A stretch of DNA of 32,000 bases, from the NCBI RefSeq assembly GCF_017876815.1, contig NZ_JAGIOS010000001.1, positions 870,001 through 902,000 of the forward strand, read 5' to 3'. Each line of letters begins with the position of its first letter. The stretch's first letter is position 1. The position numbers and the translations under genes are program-made. Source of the stretch: Sinorhizobium meliloti. GTDB taxonomy: Bacteria > Pseudomonadota > Alphaproteobacteria > Rhizobiales > Rhizobiaceae. Below are positions 8,061 through 18,208 of the stretch, piece by piece. The notes under the pieces are model-generated. The model ran no database searches and was not told the origin of the DNA. It saw nothing but the letters and a program-made list of their open reading frames with translations.

Positions 8061-8918
8061 ATGACGAACCACGACCTCGCCTCCCTGTCGCAGACGATCG
8101 AGACCGCTTTCGAAGGGCGCGACGCCGTCAACACCGGCACCCGCGGCGCGGTTCGCGACGCCGTGGAAACGGCGCTGAACCTGCTCGACAGCGGCAAGGT
8201 ACGCGTCGCTGAACGCAGTGAGGACGGCACCTGGACGGTCAACCAGTGGCTCAAGAAGGCGGTGCTCCTCTCCTTCCGCCTCAATCCGATGGAACTCGTC
8301 AGAGGCGGACCGGGCGAAGCCGTCTGGTGGGACAAGGTTGCCTCCAAATTCGACGGCTGGAGCGTCAACGAGTTCGAGAAGGCCGGGTTCCGCGCCGTTC
8401 CGAACTGCGTGGTCCGCCGCTCCGCCTATATCGCACCGAATGCGGTGCTGATGCCCTCCTTCGTCAATCTCGGCGCCTATGTCGGCGAGGGGACGATGGT
8501 CGACACCTGGGCGACCGTCGGCTCCTGCGCGCAGATCGGCAAGAACGTGCATCTTTCCGGCGGCGTCGGCATTGGCGGCGTGTTGGAGCCGATGCAGGCC
8601 GGCCCGACCATCATCGAGGACAATTGCTTCATCGGCGCCCGCTCGGAGGTGGTCGAAGGCTGCATCGTCCGCGAGGGTTCGGTGCTCGGCATGGGTGTCT
8701 TCATCGGCAAGTCGACGAAGATCGTCGACCGCGCGACGGGCGAGGTGATGTATGGCGAAGTGCCGCCCTACTCCGTCGTCGTCGCCGGCTCCATGGCTTC
8801 CGGCTCCACCATGGCCAATGGCCAGCCGGCGCCGAACCTCTATTGCGCCGTGATCGTCAAGCGGGTCGACGAGAAGACCCGCTCCAAGACCGGCATCAAC
8901 GAACTGCTCCGGGACTGA
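8061..8918 (+). CDS. dapD: 2,3,4,5-tetrahydropyridine-2,6-dicarboxylate N-succinyltransferase
   Basis: 285 aa from the ATG at 8061, with AGGA 6 nt upstream. It has hexapeptide-repeat left-handed beta-helix sequence ([51 protein letters not shown]...) and the DapD-type N-terminal domain. Confidence 0.93.
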   Translation: MTNHDLASLSQTIETAFEGRDAVNTGTRGAVRDAVETALNLLDSGKVRVAERSEDGTWTVNQWLKKAVLLSFRLNPMELVRGGPGEAVWWDKVASKFDGWSVNEFEKAGFRAVPNCVVRRSAYIAPNAVLMPSFVNLGAYVGEGTMVDTWATVGSCAQIGKNVHLSGGVGIGGVLEPMQAGPTIIEDNCFIGARSEVVEGCIVREGSVLGMGVFIGKSTKIVDRATGEVMYGEVPPYSVVVAGSMASGSTMANGQPAPNLYCAVIVKRVDEKTRSKTGINELLRD

Positions 8919-8920
8919 CG

Positions 8921-9307
8921 ATGGCCAAGGAGGGGCGGCAGCCGAGCATGATGTGGCTGTTCTTCAGCCCCTCCGGCCGTATCGGCCGCCTGCCCTTTCT
9001 CCTCGCCTGGCTCTTCTGGTTCGCCGTCGGCTCCATTTTTCTGGTGCAGATGATGAAGAACGAGGTGGATGACGCGGCGCTCGCGCTCTGGACGCTGGCT
9101 CTGATCGTCTCCGGCGTGCTTTCGACGCTCTCCATCGCCATGCTGGCGATCAAGCGCCTGCATGATATCGGCTATCCCGGCCCGCTGGCGCTCTGCCTCT
9201 TCATCCCGGTTCTGAGCCCGATCGTTTTCATCGGTCTCTGCCTCTGGCCGGGCGCAAACAGGGCAAACGAATATGGCAGCCGCCGCGATGCGCCGGCCGG
9301 AGATTGA
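8921..9307 (+). CDS. DUF805-family inner membrane protein
   Basis: 128 aa. The sequence LFFSPSGRIGRLPFLLAWLFWF...AIKRLHDIGYPG...NEYG matches the DUF805 (YhaH/YhaI-like) pattern. The ATG lies 2 nt after the dapD stop, which suggests co-transcription or translational coupling. An alternative start is at 8948. Confidence 0.75.
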   Translation: MAKEGRQPSMMWLFFSPSGRIGRLPFLLAWLFWFAVGSIFLVQMMKNEVDDAALALWTLALIVSGVLSTLSIAMLAIKRLHDIGYPGPLALCLFIPVLSPIVFIGLCLWPGANRANEYGSRRDAPAGD

Positions 9308-9459
9308 TTCCGCCCTGTACATTTCAACGCTCACCAAGTATGTAGCGCGGCAACTGAATAGGGCCGCGACCACGTTGGCCGCGGCAATCGACGCCTGATG
9401 ACGACCTGCACCGAGGTCCGCTCTTCCGCCGACGACAACCGAAATCCGAAAGAAGAGAC

Positions 9460-11352
9460 ATGACAGAATTCGCAGGGATCGCGCCGGCGATCGCCGAGGC
9501 GTTGGCAAAACGCGGTTACGAGACGCTGACGCCGGTTCAGCAGGCCATGCTGGATCCGTCGCTCGGCACCGCCGACGCGCTGGTCTCCGCCCAGACCGGC
9601 TCGGGCAAGACCGTGGCCTTCGGCTTGGCACTGGCGCCGACGCTCATCGGTTCGGCAAGGAAATTCGCGCAGGCCGGCGCACCGCTTGCACTCGTCATCG
9701 CGCCGACGCGCGAATTGGCGCTGCAGGTCATGCGTGAGCTCGACTGGCTCTACGAGATGGCGGGGGCCACCATCGCCTCCTGCGTCGGCGGCATGGACAT
9801 GCGCAGCGAACGGCGCACGCTGGAACGCGGCGCCCATATCGTCGTCGGGACGCCGGGACGGCTTTGCGACCATATCCGCCGTGGATCGCTCGATATATCG
9901 GGACTGAAGGCCGTCGTGCTCGATGAGGCCGACGAGATGCTGGACCTCGGCTTCCGCGAGGATCTGGAGTTCATTCTCGAGGCGTCGCCGGCGGATCGCC
10001 GCACGCTGATGTTCTCCGCCACCGTACCGCGCTCGATCGCGACGCTCGCCAAGAGTTACCAGCGCGACGCAGTCCGCATCGGCGTCACCTCCGAGCAGAA
10101 GCAGCACGGCGACATCGAGTACCGCTCGCTGCTCGTGGCGCCGAGCGACCGTGAGAATGCCATCATCAACGTGCTGCGCTTTTACGAAGCGAGGAACGCG
10201 ATCGTCTTCTGCTCGACGCGCGCCGCGGTCAATCATCTGACCGCCCGCTTCAACAATCGCGGCTTCTCCGTCGTGGCGCTCTCAGGCGAGCTCAGCCAGA
10301 ACGAACGCACCCACGCACTGCAGGCCATGCGCGACGGCCGCGCCCGCGTGTGCATCGCGACCGACGTTGCGGCGCGCGGGATCGACCTTCCGGGCCTCGA
10401 GCTCGTGATCCATGCCGACCTGCCGACCAACTCCGACACGCTGCTGCATCGCAGCGGCCGGACGGGCCGCGCCGGCCAGAAAGGCGTGAGCGCACTGATC
10501 GTGCCCGTGAACGCCCGCCGCAAGGCCGAGCGGCTGCTTGAAAACGCACGGATTACCGCCGCCTGGGCAAAGCCCCCGTTGGCCGACGAGGTGGCACGTC
10601 GCGACGACGAGCGCATCGCCGCCGATCCGGCCCTTGCCGAAGCTCCGCGCGAGGATGAACAGGCGATCGTCGAGACGCTGATCAGCCGCTACGGGGCGGA
10701 AAAGATCGCCGCGGCCTTCGTCCGGCAATTCCGCTCGAACCGTTCCGCTCCGGAGGAACTCGTGGATGTCGCCGTCTACGACGATCGCAGGAAACCCCGT
10801 CGCGACGGCCCGGCTTTCACGGGTGACAGCGAGCCGGCTCCGCGCGCGGACTTCGCCGACGGCCAGTGGTTTTCCCTCTCCGTCGGGCGCAAGCAGAATG
10901 CCGAGCCCCGCTGGCTGATCCCGATGCTTTGCCGTTACGGCAAGCTGAGCAAGCGCGATATCGGCGAGATCCGCATGCAGCCCGAGGAAACCTATGTCGA
11001 GATGACGGCCGACGGCGCAGAACGCCTTCTTGCCGCGATCGGCCCGAACCGGATGCTGGAAAAGGGCATTCGCGTCAAAACCCTTCCGGGTGCCCCGGAC
11101 AGCTCCAGGCCGCGGCAGGACAAGCCGGACTTCGAGAAGAAGCGGCCGCCGGCGACCGCAGCGGAGCGCGAGCACAAGGACTTCGAGCCGAAGCGCAAGT
11201 TCGACAAGCAGCCTCCCGTCGCGCAGGATGCGCATTCGGACAGCCGGGGCGACAAGCCCTGGAGCAAGAAGAAGGGCAAGCCCGAAGCGCAGAAAACCGG
11301 CGACTTCAAGCCCGGTGCCAAGCGCAACAACGCCAAGAAGCGCCAGCCTTGA
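9460..11352 (+). CDS. DEAD-box ATP-dependent RNA helicase with a DbpA-type RNA-binding domain and a basic C-terminal tail
   Basis: All core motifs are present: Q motif (GYETLTPVQ), I (AQTGSGKT), Ia (PTRELA), Ib (TPGRL), II (DEAD), III (SAT), V (ARGID), VI (HRSGRTGRAG). A DbpA-like block follows (GQWFSLSVGRKQNAEPRWLIPMLCRYGKLSKRDIGEIRM), then a K/R/P-rich tail. Confidence 0.93.
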   Translation: MTEFAGIAPAIAEALAKRGYETLTPVQQAMLDPSLGTADALVSAQTGSGKTVAFGLALAPTLIGSARKFAQAGAPLALVIAPTRELALQVMRELDWLYEMAGATIASCVGGMDMRSERRTLERGAHIVVGTPGRLCDHIRRGSLDISGLKAVVLDEADEMLDLGFREDLEFILEASPADRRTLMFSATVPRSIATLAKSYQRDAVRIGVTSEQKQHGDIEYRSLLVAPSDRENAIINVLRFYEARNAIVFCSTRAAVNHLTARFNNRGFSVVALSGELSQNERTHALQAMRDGRARVCIATDVAARGIDLPGLELVIHADLPTNSDTLLHRSGRTGRAGQKGVSALIVPVNARRKAERLLENARITAAWAKPPLADEVARRDDERIAADPALAEAPREDEQAIVETLISRYGAEKIAAAFVRQFRSNRSAPEELVDVAVYDDRRKPRRDGPAFTGDSEPAPRADFADGQWFSLSVGRKQNAEPRWLIPMLCRYGKLSKRDIGEIRMQPEETYVEMTADGAERLLAAIGPNRMLEKGIRVKTLPGAPDSSRPRQDKPDFEKKRPPATAAEREHKDFEPKRKFDKQPPVAQDAHSDSRGDKPWSKKKGKPEAQKTGDFKPGAKRNNAKKRQP

Positions 11353-11359
11353 GATGGCA

Positions 11360-11392
11360 TTTCCCGCCTGCGATCGGCATCGCGGCGGGAAA
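11360..11392 (+). terminator. Strong stem-loop immediately after the helicase stop codon (terminator-like, no U-tract)
   Basis: tttcccgcc-t-gcgat / cggc loop / atcgc-ggcgggaaa gives about 14 bp of stem with one bulge. No clear T-run follows, so its function as an intrinsic terminator is uncertain. Confidence 0.4.
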
Positions 11393-11403
11393 ACTTGAGG
11401 TGA

Positions 11404-11574
11404 ATCCCCGCAGATCAAGTCTCCAGGACCGTGCCGCCGCATGTCGAATATCGCTTGAGCGAGGTGGGCCGCTCGCTGAGTGAAGCGCTGGTCGTGCTCG
11501 ACCGCTGGGCGGAGACCCATTTCGGCACGCTCGACGCCGCGCGCGAACGCTATGACGCGCAGACGAACAGGTGA
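11404..11574 (+). pseudogene. Remnant (C-terminal ~56 codons) of an HxlR-family winged-helix transcriptional regulator
   Basis: The in-frame translation IPADQVSRTVPPHVEYRLSEVGRSLSEALVVLDRWAETHFGTLDAARERYDAQTNR* matches the conserved HxlR wing and C-terminal helix ('..PPRVEYSLTE.G..L..VL..L..W...H'). An in-frame TGA lies at 11401-11403. There is no start codon, and no N-terminal HTH half in any frame of the 48 nt back to the helicase stop. Confidence 0.55.
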
Positions 11575-11584
11575 GAACGGGTCG

Positions 11585-12532
<948 letters not shown>

Positions 12533-12632
12533 TCACAACCCGCGGACTATTCCAGACGAAAGACAATGATATGCTGCAACCATCGCGAGTTGTCCCTCAT
12601 CTAGGGATTCACCCGTGGCGGAGACAAGAGAG

Positions 12633-13448
12633 ATGAACGCGCAATTTACGGAAGAGACGATGCAGACGAGCAAAGGCTCGTGCCGCGCGCGTGTCTACCG
12701 CGGCGCATCGCTGCTCGCGCCGCCGCCGATCGTGCTGCATCTCCATGGTGGCGGCTTCGTCGGCGATTCGGTCGCAGCGGGCGAAAAAGTGGCCAATGCC
12801 TTGGCGGCCGCGGGCGCGGTCGTCATCTCGCCGGAATATCCTTCCGCGTGCATGAACCCGTTTCCGGCGGCACTCGACTGCGCCTATGCGATGCTTTCAT
12901 CCATGCGCAGCCGCTGTCCGCAGTTCGCGCACAAGAAGTCGATGCTGTTCGTCGCCGGCGAAGAGGCGGGCGGCAATCTTGCGGCCGGCCTGGCGCTGAT
13001 GGCGCGCGATCAGTTCCTGACCGACCTCAAAGGCCAGATCCTGCTGTCGCCCCTGCTCGACCCGTGCCTGGCAACGGCTTCGTTTCGCAAGTTCTGTCCG
13101 CAGAGTTCGGTGCAATCCATCGCCGAAGGCTGGCAACAATATCTCGGCGAGCGCAGCGGGCTCACGCATCCCTATGCGGCGCCGGGCCATTGCAGCCGTC
13201 TCGGCGGTCTCGTTCCGGCCCTCGTCGTCACCAGCGAGGAGTGCCCGATGCGCGACGAGGCGGAAGCCTATGCCGAGCGTCTCCGCAAGGCCGGCGTTCC
13301 GGTGGAAACCCATGTGCTGCCCGGGCGCGCCTCATGGCTGCCTGTCGGCGGCGCGGCGCAGGAGACCTGGCCATCGCATGAAGAAATCATATCCGGCATC
13401 TTCTCCCGCTTCTTCAAGCAGGCGGGAGCGAAGCCGGCCAAAGAGTAA
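12633..13448 (+). CDS. Alpha/beta-hydrolase fold-3 (hormone-sensitive-lipase family) homolog, apparently lacking the catalytic triad (LlpE-like position)
   Basis: It has the HLHGGGF oxyanion motif, SPEYP..NPFPAALDCAYA and LSPLLDP, but the nucleophile elbow reads GEEAGG instead of GDSAGG. The start is uncertain: ATG 12633 (GGAG 10 nt upstream), GTG 12615 or ATG 12660. It lies 51 nt upstream of the MFP gene on the same strand. Confidence 0.75.
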   Translation: MNAQFTEETMQTSKGSCRARVYRGASLLAPPPIVLHLHGGGFVGDSVAAGEKVANALAAAGAVVISPEYPSACMNPFPAALDCAYAMLSSMRSRCPQFAHKKSMLFVAGEEAGGNLAAGLALMARDQFLTDLKGQILLSPLLDPCLATASFRKFCPQSSVQSIAEGWQQYLGERSGLTHPYAAPGHCSRLGGLVPALVVTSEECPMRDEAEAYAERLRKAGVPVETHVLPGRASWLPVGGAAQETWPSHEEIISGIFSRFFKQAGAKPAKE

Positions 13449-13499
13449 CAAATAAAACAGTAAGCACAGAGCCGGGCTCCCAACCGGCGAGGAGAAAAC

Positions 13500-14708
13500 A
13501 TGACATCGACAGTAACCCGCCGGGTCCTGTGGGGCGCCGGCTTGAGCATTCTTTTGTCCGTCGGCGGCGGCGCGGCCGTCTTCTTCGGACTGCCTCAGCG
13601 CTTCCAGGCGGATGCCGCGACCGAAGCGCCCGCCGCAGCGGTGCCGCCGGCCGTGCCGGTCTCCGTCGCCAAGGCCGAATCGCGCCGGATCACCACGTGG
13701 GAGAGCTTCTCCGGCCGTCTCGAAGCGATCGAGCGCGTCGAGATCCGTCCTCGCGTCGGCGGCGCGATCCTGAGCGCCCACTTCCGCGAAGGGGCGCTGG
13801 TCGAAAAGGGCGACCTGCTCGTCACCATCGATCCCGAGCCCTTCGCCGCGGCAGTCGAGCGCGCCGAAGCGCAGGTTGCCGCAGCCGAAGCGCGCGTCGC
13901 GCTCGCCAGAACCGAGCTCGAACGCGGCCGCAAGCTGGTGACCACCAGCGCTATCCCGCAGAGCGGAGTCGATCAAAGGCTCAGCGTCTACGACGAGGCG
14001 CGGGCGAACCTCCGCTCGGCGAAGGCCGCGCTGCACACCGCCAAACTCGACCTGGAATACACCGAAGTGCGCGCGCCGATCAGCGGTCGCGTCGGCAGGC
14101 TCAACGTGACGGCGGGCAATCTCGTTACCGCCGGCACCGCCTCGCCGGTCCTGACGACGCTCGTGTCCGTGGACCCGATCTATGCGAGTTTCAACGTCAG
14201 CGAGGAGGTCGTTGCCGCCGCGCTCGCAAAGCTCTCGGCCTCGGCCGGCAGCATCGATGCGATCGAACGCATCCCCGTCGAAATCGGCACCTCCGCCGAC
14301 GAGGGGACTCCGATCACCGGCCATATCCAGCTCATCAACAACGAGGTGGACGCGGCAACCGGCACCATTCGCGTGCGGGCGGAACTCACCAATGCCGATG
14401 GGCGCCTGATCCCGGGTCAGTTCGTGCGCATTCGGATCGGCGATCCGCAGCCTGAGGAAAAGCTGGTGATCAGCGACCGTGCGGTCAGTTCGGATCAGGA
14501 CAAGAAATTCGTCCTGGTCGTCGGGGCGGACAACAAGGTGGAGTACCGCCAGGTCACTCTCGGGCCCGTCGCCGATGGTCTCCGGATCGTGGAAAACGGG
14601 CTGAAGCCCGGCGAGAGCATCATCGTCAACGGTCTGCAGCGCGTACGCCCCGGCGTCGTCGTCGCCCCGCAGGCCGAGCAGGCGACCGCTTCGATCGCCA
14701 AGCCATAG
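13500..14708 (+). CDS. Efflux RND transporter periplasmic adaptor (membrane fusion protein, MexE/BpeE-like)
   Basis: 402 aa with an N-terminal membrane anchor. HlyD/MFP signatures are present: SGRLEAIERVEIRPRVGGAI, coiled-coil hairpin AQVAAAEARVALARTELERGRKL, LEYTEVRAPISGRVGR, and a beta-barrel/MP domain. GAGGAG lies upstream of the ATG. Confidence 0.92.
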   Translation: MTSTVTRRVLWGAGLSILLSVGGGAAVFFGLPQRFQADAATEAPAAAVPPAVPVSVAKAESRRITTWESFSGRLEAIERVEIRPRVGGAILSAHFREGALVEKGDLLVTIDPEPFAAAVERAEAQVAAAEARVALARTELERGRKLVTTSAIPQSGVDQRLSVYDEARANLRSAKAALHTAKLDLEYTEVRAPISGRVGRLNVTAGNLVTAGTASPVLTTLVSVDPIYASFNVSEEVVAAALAKLSASAGSIDAIERIPVEIGTSADEGTPITGHIQLINNEVDAATGTIRVRAELTNADGRLIPGQFVRIRIGDPQPEEKLVISDRAVSSDQDKKFVLVVGADNKVEYRQVTLGPVADGLRIVENGLKPGESIIVNGLQRVRPGVVVAPQAEQATASIAKP

Positions 14709-14836
14709 CCAAGCTGCGCCCTGACGGACCATAGCAGGGCGCCGAAAAGACATTCAACGGCATGCATCGGTGCTCGCGGCGATAAGTCTTCGCCGCAGAC
14801 GCGCTCCGCTTGCCTGAAGTTCCCAAGGGGGATGCC

Positions 14837-17800
14837 ATGAATTTCTCACGCTTCTTCGTCGACCGCCCGGTCTTCGCGGGCGTTCTTTCCGTGATCATCT
14901 TCGTCGCGGGCCTGATCGGCATGACCGGCCTGCCGATTTCCGAATATCCGGAAGTCGTGCCGCCGCAGATCGTCGTCAGGGCGCAATATCCGGGCGCCAA
15001 CCCGGCCGTCATCGCCGAAACCGTCGCCACACCGCTCGAAGAGCAGATCAACGGCGTCGAGGGCATGCTCTACATGCAGAGCCAGGCGACCGCCGATGGC
15101 CTGATGACGCTGACCGTCACCTTCGAGCTCGGAACCGATCCGGATCAGGCCCAGCAGCTGGTGCAGAACCGCGTCTCGCAGGGCGAGCCGCGGCTGCCGG
15201 AAGAGGTGCGCCGGCTCGGCGTCACCACCGTCAAGAGCTCGCCCGACCTGACGCTCGTCGTGCACCTGATTTCACCCAACGGGCAATACGACATCAACTA
15301 TCTGCGCAACTACGGCGTCCTGAACGTCAAGGACCGGCTGGCGCGCGTAGATGGTGTCGGCCAGGTGCAGATCTTCGGCGGCGGCGACTATTCCATGCGC
15401 GTCTGGATCGACCCCGAAAAGGCCGCAGAGCGCGGGCTTGCCGCGAGCGACATCGCCAATGCCGTCCGCGGGCAGAACGTCCAGGCAGCCGCCGGCGTCA
15501 TCGGCGCTTCGCCGTCGGTTCCCGGCCTGGACCTGCAACTCTCCGTCAACGCTCAGGGCCGCCTCAAGACACCCGAGGATTTTGCCGACATCGTCGTCAA
15601 ATCGGGCGAGAGCGGGGAGATCACGCGCCTGGGCGACGTCGCCCGCGTCGAAATGGGAGCCGCTGACTACTCGCTGCGCTCGCTTCTCGACAACAAGGCC
15701 GCCGTCGGCATGGGCGTGTTCCAGGCGCCCGGCTCGAACGCCATCCAGATCTCCGAAAACGTCCACAAGGTCATGGCCGAGCTGAAGCAGACCATGCCTG
15801 ATGGCGTCGATTACGAGATCGTCTACGACACGACGCAGTTCGTCCGGGCGTCGATCGAATCGGTCATCCACACGCTGCTCGAAGCCATCGCGCTCGTGGT
15901 CGTCGTCGTCATCGTCTTCCTGCAGACCTGGCGCGCCTCGATCATCCCGCTCGTCGCCGTGCCCGTCTCGATCGTCGGTACCTTCGCCGTGATGTATGTC
16001 TTCGGCTTCTCGATCAACGCGCTCAGCCTCTTCGGTCTGGTGCTGGCGATCGGCATCGTCGTCGACGACGCCATCGTCGTCGTGGAGAACGTCGAACGCA
16101 ATATCTCCCAGGGCCTCTCACCGGTGCAGGCGACCTATCGCGCCATGCAGGAGGTCTCTGGGCCGATCATCGCGATCGCGCTGGTCCTCGTCGCGGTCTT
16201 CGTGCCGCTCGCCTTCATCACCGGGCTCACCGGCCAGTTCTACCGCCAGTTCGCGCTGACCATCGCGATTTCGACGGTGATTTCGGCCCTCAACTCGCTG
16301 ACGCTCTCGCCGGCGCTCGCCGCCCTTCTCCTGAAGGACCACCACGCCCCGAAGGACCGGCTGACGCGGGTCATGGATGGGTTGTTCGGCTGGTTCTTCC
16401 GCGGCTTCAACCGCTTCTTCGGAGCGAGTTCGGAGGCCTATGGCCGCGGCGTCGGCGGCATCCTCACCCGCAAGTCGCTGGTCATGGGCGTCTATGTCGT
16501 CCTCCTCGGCGTCACCTTCGTGCTCTTCCGCGCGGTGCCCGGCGGCTTCGTGCCGGCGCAGGACAAGCAATACCTCATCGGCTTTGCGCAGCTGCCGGAC
16601 GCGGCGACGCTCGATCGCTCGGAAGATGTCATCCGGCGCATGAGCGAGATCGCCCTCAAGCACCCGGGCGTCGAACACGCCATCGCCTTCCCGGGCCTGT
16701 CGATCAACGGCTTCACCAATTCGTCCAACTCCGGCATCGTCTTCGTGTCGCTGAAGCCGTTCGAGGAGCGTACGACGCCCGAACTTTCGGGCGGCGCCAT
16801 CGCCATGCAGTTGAACCAGGAGTTCGGGGCGATACAGGATGCCTTCATCGCCATGTTCCCGCCACCGCCCGTCCAGGGTCTCGGCACGACCGGCGGCTTC
16901 AAGCTGCAGATCGAGGACAGGAACGGCCTCGGCTACCGGACGCTGGACGATGCGACCAAGGCCGTCCTCGCCAAGGCGATGGCGGCACCGGAACTCGCCG
17001 GGCTCTATTCGAGCTTCCAGATCAACGTGCCGCAGCTCTATGCCGACCTCGACCGCACCAAGGCCCGTCAGCTCGGCGTCGCGGTCACGGACGTGTTCGA
17101 GACGCTGCAGATCTATCTTGGCTCGCTCTACGTCAACGACTTCAACGCTTTCGGCCGCACCTACAGCGTGCGCATCCAGGCCGATGCGAGCTATCGCAGC
17201 CACGCCGACGACATCGGCAAGCTGAAGGTGCGTTCGCAGACGGGCGAGATGATCCCGCTGTCGGCCCTGCTCAACGTCGAGCAGACGGTCGGCGCCGAGC
17301 GGGCCATCCGCTACAACGGCTTCCTCGCCGCCGATATCAATGGCGGACCGGCACCCGGCTTCTCTTCCGGTCAGGCGCAGGCGGCCATCGAGCGGATTGC
17401 GGCCGAGACTCTGCCGCCCGGCATTTCATACGAGTGGACGGACCTGACCTACCAGCAAATCCTCGCCGGCAATTCTGGCATCCTCGTCTTCCCGCTGGCG
17501 CTGCTGCTCGTCTATCTCGTGCTTGCGGCCCAGTATGAGAGCCTGCTGCTGCCGATCGCGATCATCCTGATCGTGCCGATGGGCATCATGGCGGCGCTGA
17601 CGGGCGTCTGGCTGACCGGCGGCGACAACAACGTCTTCACCCAGATCGGCCTAATCGTTCTGGTGGGTCTGTCGGCAAAGAACGCTATCCTGATCGTCGA
17701 ATTCGCCCGCGAACTGGAACTGTCCGGCAGCAATGCCGTCAGTGCGGCGATCGAGGCGAGCCGGCTCCGGCTCAGGCCGATCCTGATGACCTCGATGGCC

Positions 17801-18022
17801 TTCATCATGGGTGTCGTGCCGCTCGTCACCTCCACCGGCGCCGGCGCGGAAATGCGCTCCGCCATGGGCGTGGCGGTCTTTGCCGGCATGATCGGCGTCA
17901 CGGCCTTCGGCATCTTCATGACGCCCGTCTTCTATGTGCTCATCCGCAAGCTTTCCGGCGAAAAGCCGCTGAAGCACACCGGAGCGCATATAGAAGCCCC
18001 GCATCTCGCCCCCGGCGAGTAG
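14837..18022 (+). CDS. Multidrug efflux RND permease, HAE1 family (MexF/BpeF-like)
   Basis: 1061 aa from the ATG at 14837, with AAGGGGG 5-6 nt upstream. MNFSRFFVDRPVFAGVLSVIIFVAGLIGMTGLPISEYPEVVPPQIVVRAQYPGANP... closely resembles my recollection of the MexF N-terminus. It has a 12-TM AcrB-type architecture with two large periplasmic loops. The track ORF adds 9 unsupported codons. Confidence 0.95.
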   Translation: MNFSRFFVDRPVFAGVLSVIIFVAGLIGMTGLPISEYPEVVPPQIVVRAQYPGANPAVIAETVATPLEEQINGVEGMLYMQSQATADGLMTLTVTFELGTDPDQAQQLVQNRVSQGEPRLPEEVRRLGVTTVKSSPDLTLVVHLISPNGQYDINYLRNYGVLNVKDRLARVDGVGQVQIFGGGDYSMRVWIDPEKAAERGLAASDIANAVRGQNVQAAAGVIGASPSVPGLDLQLSVNAQGRLKTPEDFADIVVKSGESGEITRLGDVARVEMGAADYSLRSLLDNKAAVGMGVFQAPGSNAIQISENVHKVMAELKQTMPDGVDYEIVYDTTQFVRASIESVIHTLLEAIALVVVVVIVFLQTWRASIIPLVAVPVSIVGTFAVMYVFGFSINALSLFGLVLAIGIVVDDAIVVVENVERNISQGLSPVQATYRAMQEVSGPIIAIALVLVAVFVPLAFITGLTGQFYRQFALTIAISTVISALNSLTLSPALAALLLKDHHAPKDRLTRVMDGLFGWFFRGFNRFFGASSEAYGRGVGGILTRKSLVMGVYVVLLGVTFVLFRAVPGGFVPAQDKQYLIGFAQLPDAATLDRSEDVIRRMSEIALKHPGVEHAIAFPGLSINGFTNSSNSGIVFVSLKPFEERTTPELSGGAIAMQLNQEFGAIQDAFIAMFPPPPVQGLGTTGGFKLQIEDRNGLGYRTLDDATKAVLAKAMAAPELAGLYSSFQINVPQLYADLDRTKARQLGVAVTDVFETLQIYLGSLYVNDFNAFGRTYSVRIQADASYRSHADDIGKLKVRSQTGEMIPLSALLNVEQTVGAERAIRYNGFLAADINGGPAPGFSSGQAQAAIERIAAETLPPGISYEWTDLTYQQILAGNSGILVFPLALLLVYLVLAAQYESLLLPIAIILIVPMGIMAALTGVWLTGGDNNVFTQIGLIVLVGLSAKNAILIVEFARELELSGSNAVSAAIEASRLRLRPILMTSMAFIMGVVPLVTSTGAGAEMRSAMGVAVFAGMIGVTAFGIFMTPVFYVLIRKLSGEKPLKHTGAHIEAPHLAPGE

Positions 18023-18051
18023 CCTTCCCTGCCCCCGAACGGGGTCGATGG

Positions 18052-18083
18052 CGGGCCGGACATCTGTCCGGCCCGTTCTCTTT
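18052..18083 (+). terminator. Rho-independent terminator of the efflux operon
   Basis: The stem is cgggccgga / tccggcccg (18052-18060 and 18067-18075) with loop catctg, followed by the T-rich tail gttctcttt, 30 nt after the RND stop. Confidence 0.7.
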
Positions 18084-18208
18084 CCAGCCGCCCTGCGAAA
18101 TCCGCCCGGTTCATCGGACGTGACAGCGGGTGGCTGATCGGATAAACCGGCAATCTCTGTTACCGGACTACCGTTTCTTGGCCCACCGGCTTCGCAGGCA
18201 TACCTTCC

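Noticed and set aside
8246-8920. Long 5' extension of the DUF805 ORF (the track ORF 8246-9307 is 353 aa).
   Set aside because: The extension runs through dapD in another frame and translates to Arg-rich nonsense. The DUF805 domain begins at the ATG at 8921, right after the dapD stop.
13332-14753. 473-aa ORF antisense to the MFP gene. Similar long antisense ORFs: 9331-10236(-), 10282-11520(-), 11480-12502(+), 16118-17203(-), 17651-19390(-), 20309-21028(+), 20806-21864(+), 22422-23750(-), 22601-24466(-), 26058-27530(-), 28409-29239(-), 30425-31825(+).
   Set aside because: The reasoning is the same. Each overlaps, on the other strand, a gene with unambiguous family signatures (RND, dapE, truA/fmt, rmuC, rbsK, MCP, metK and others), and the translations look non-proteinaceous.
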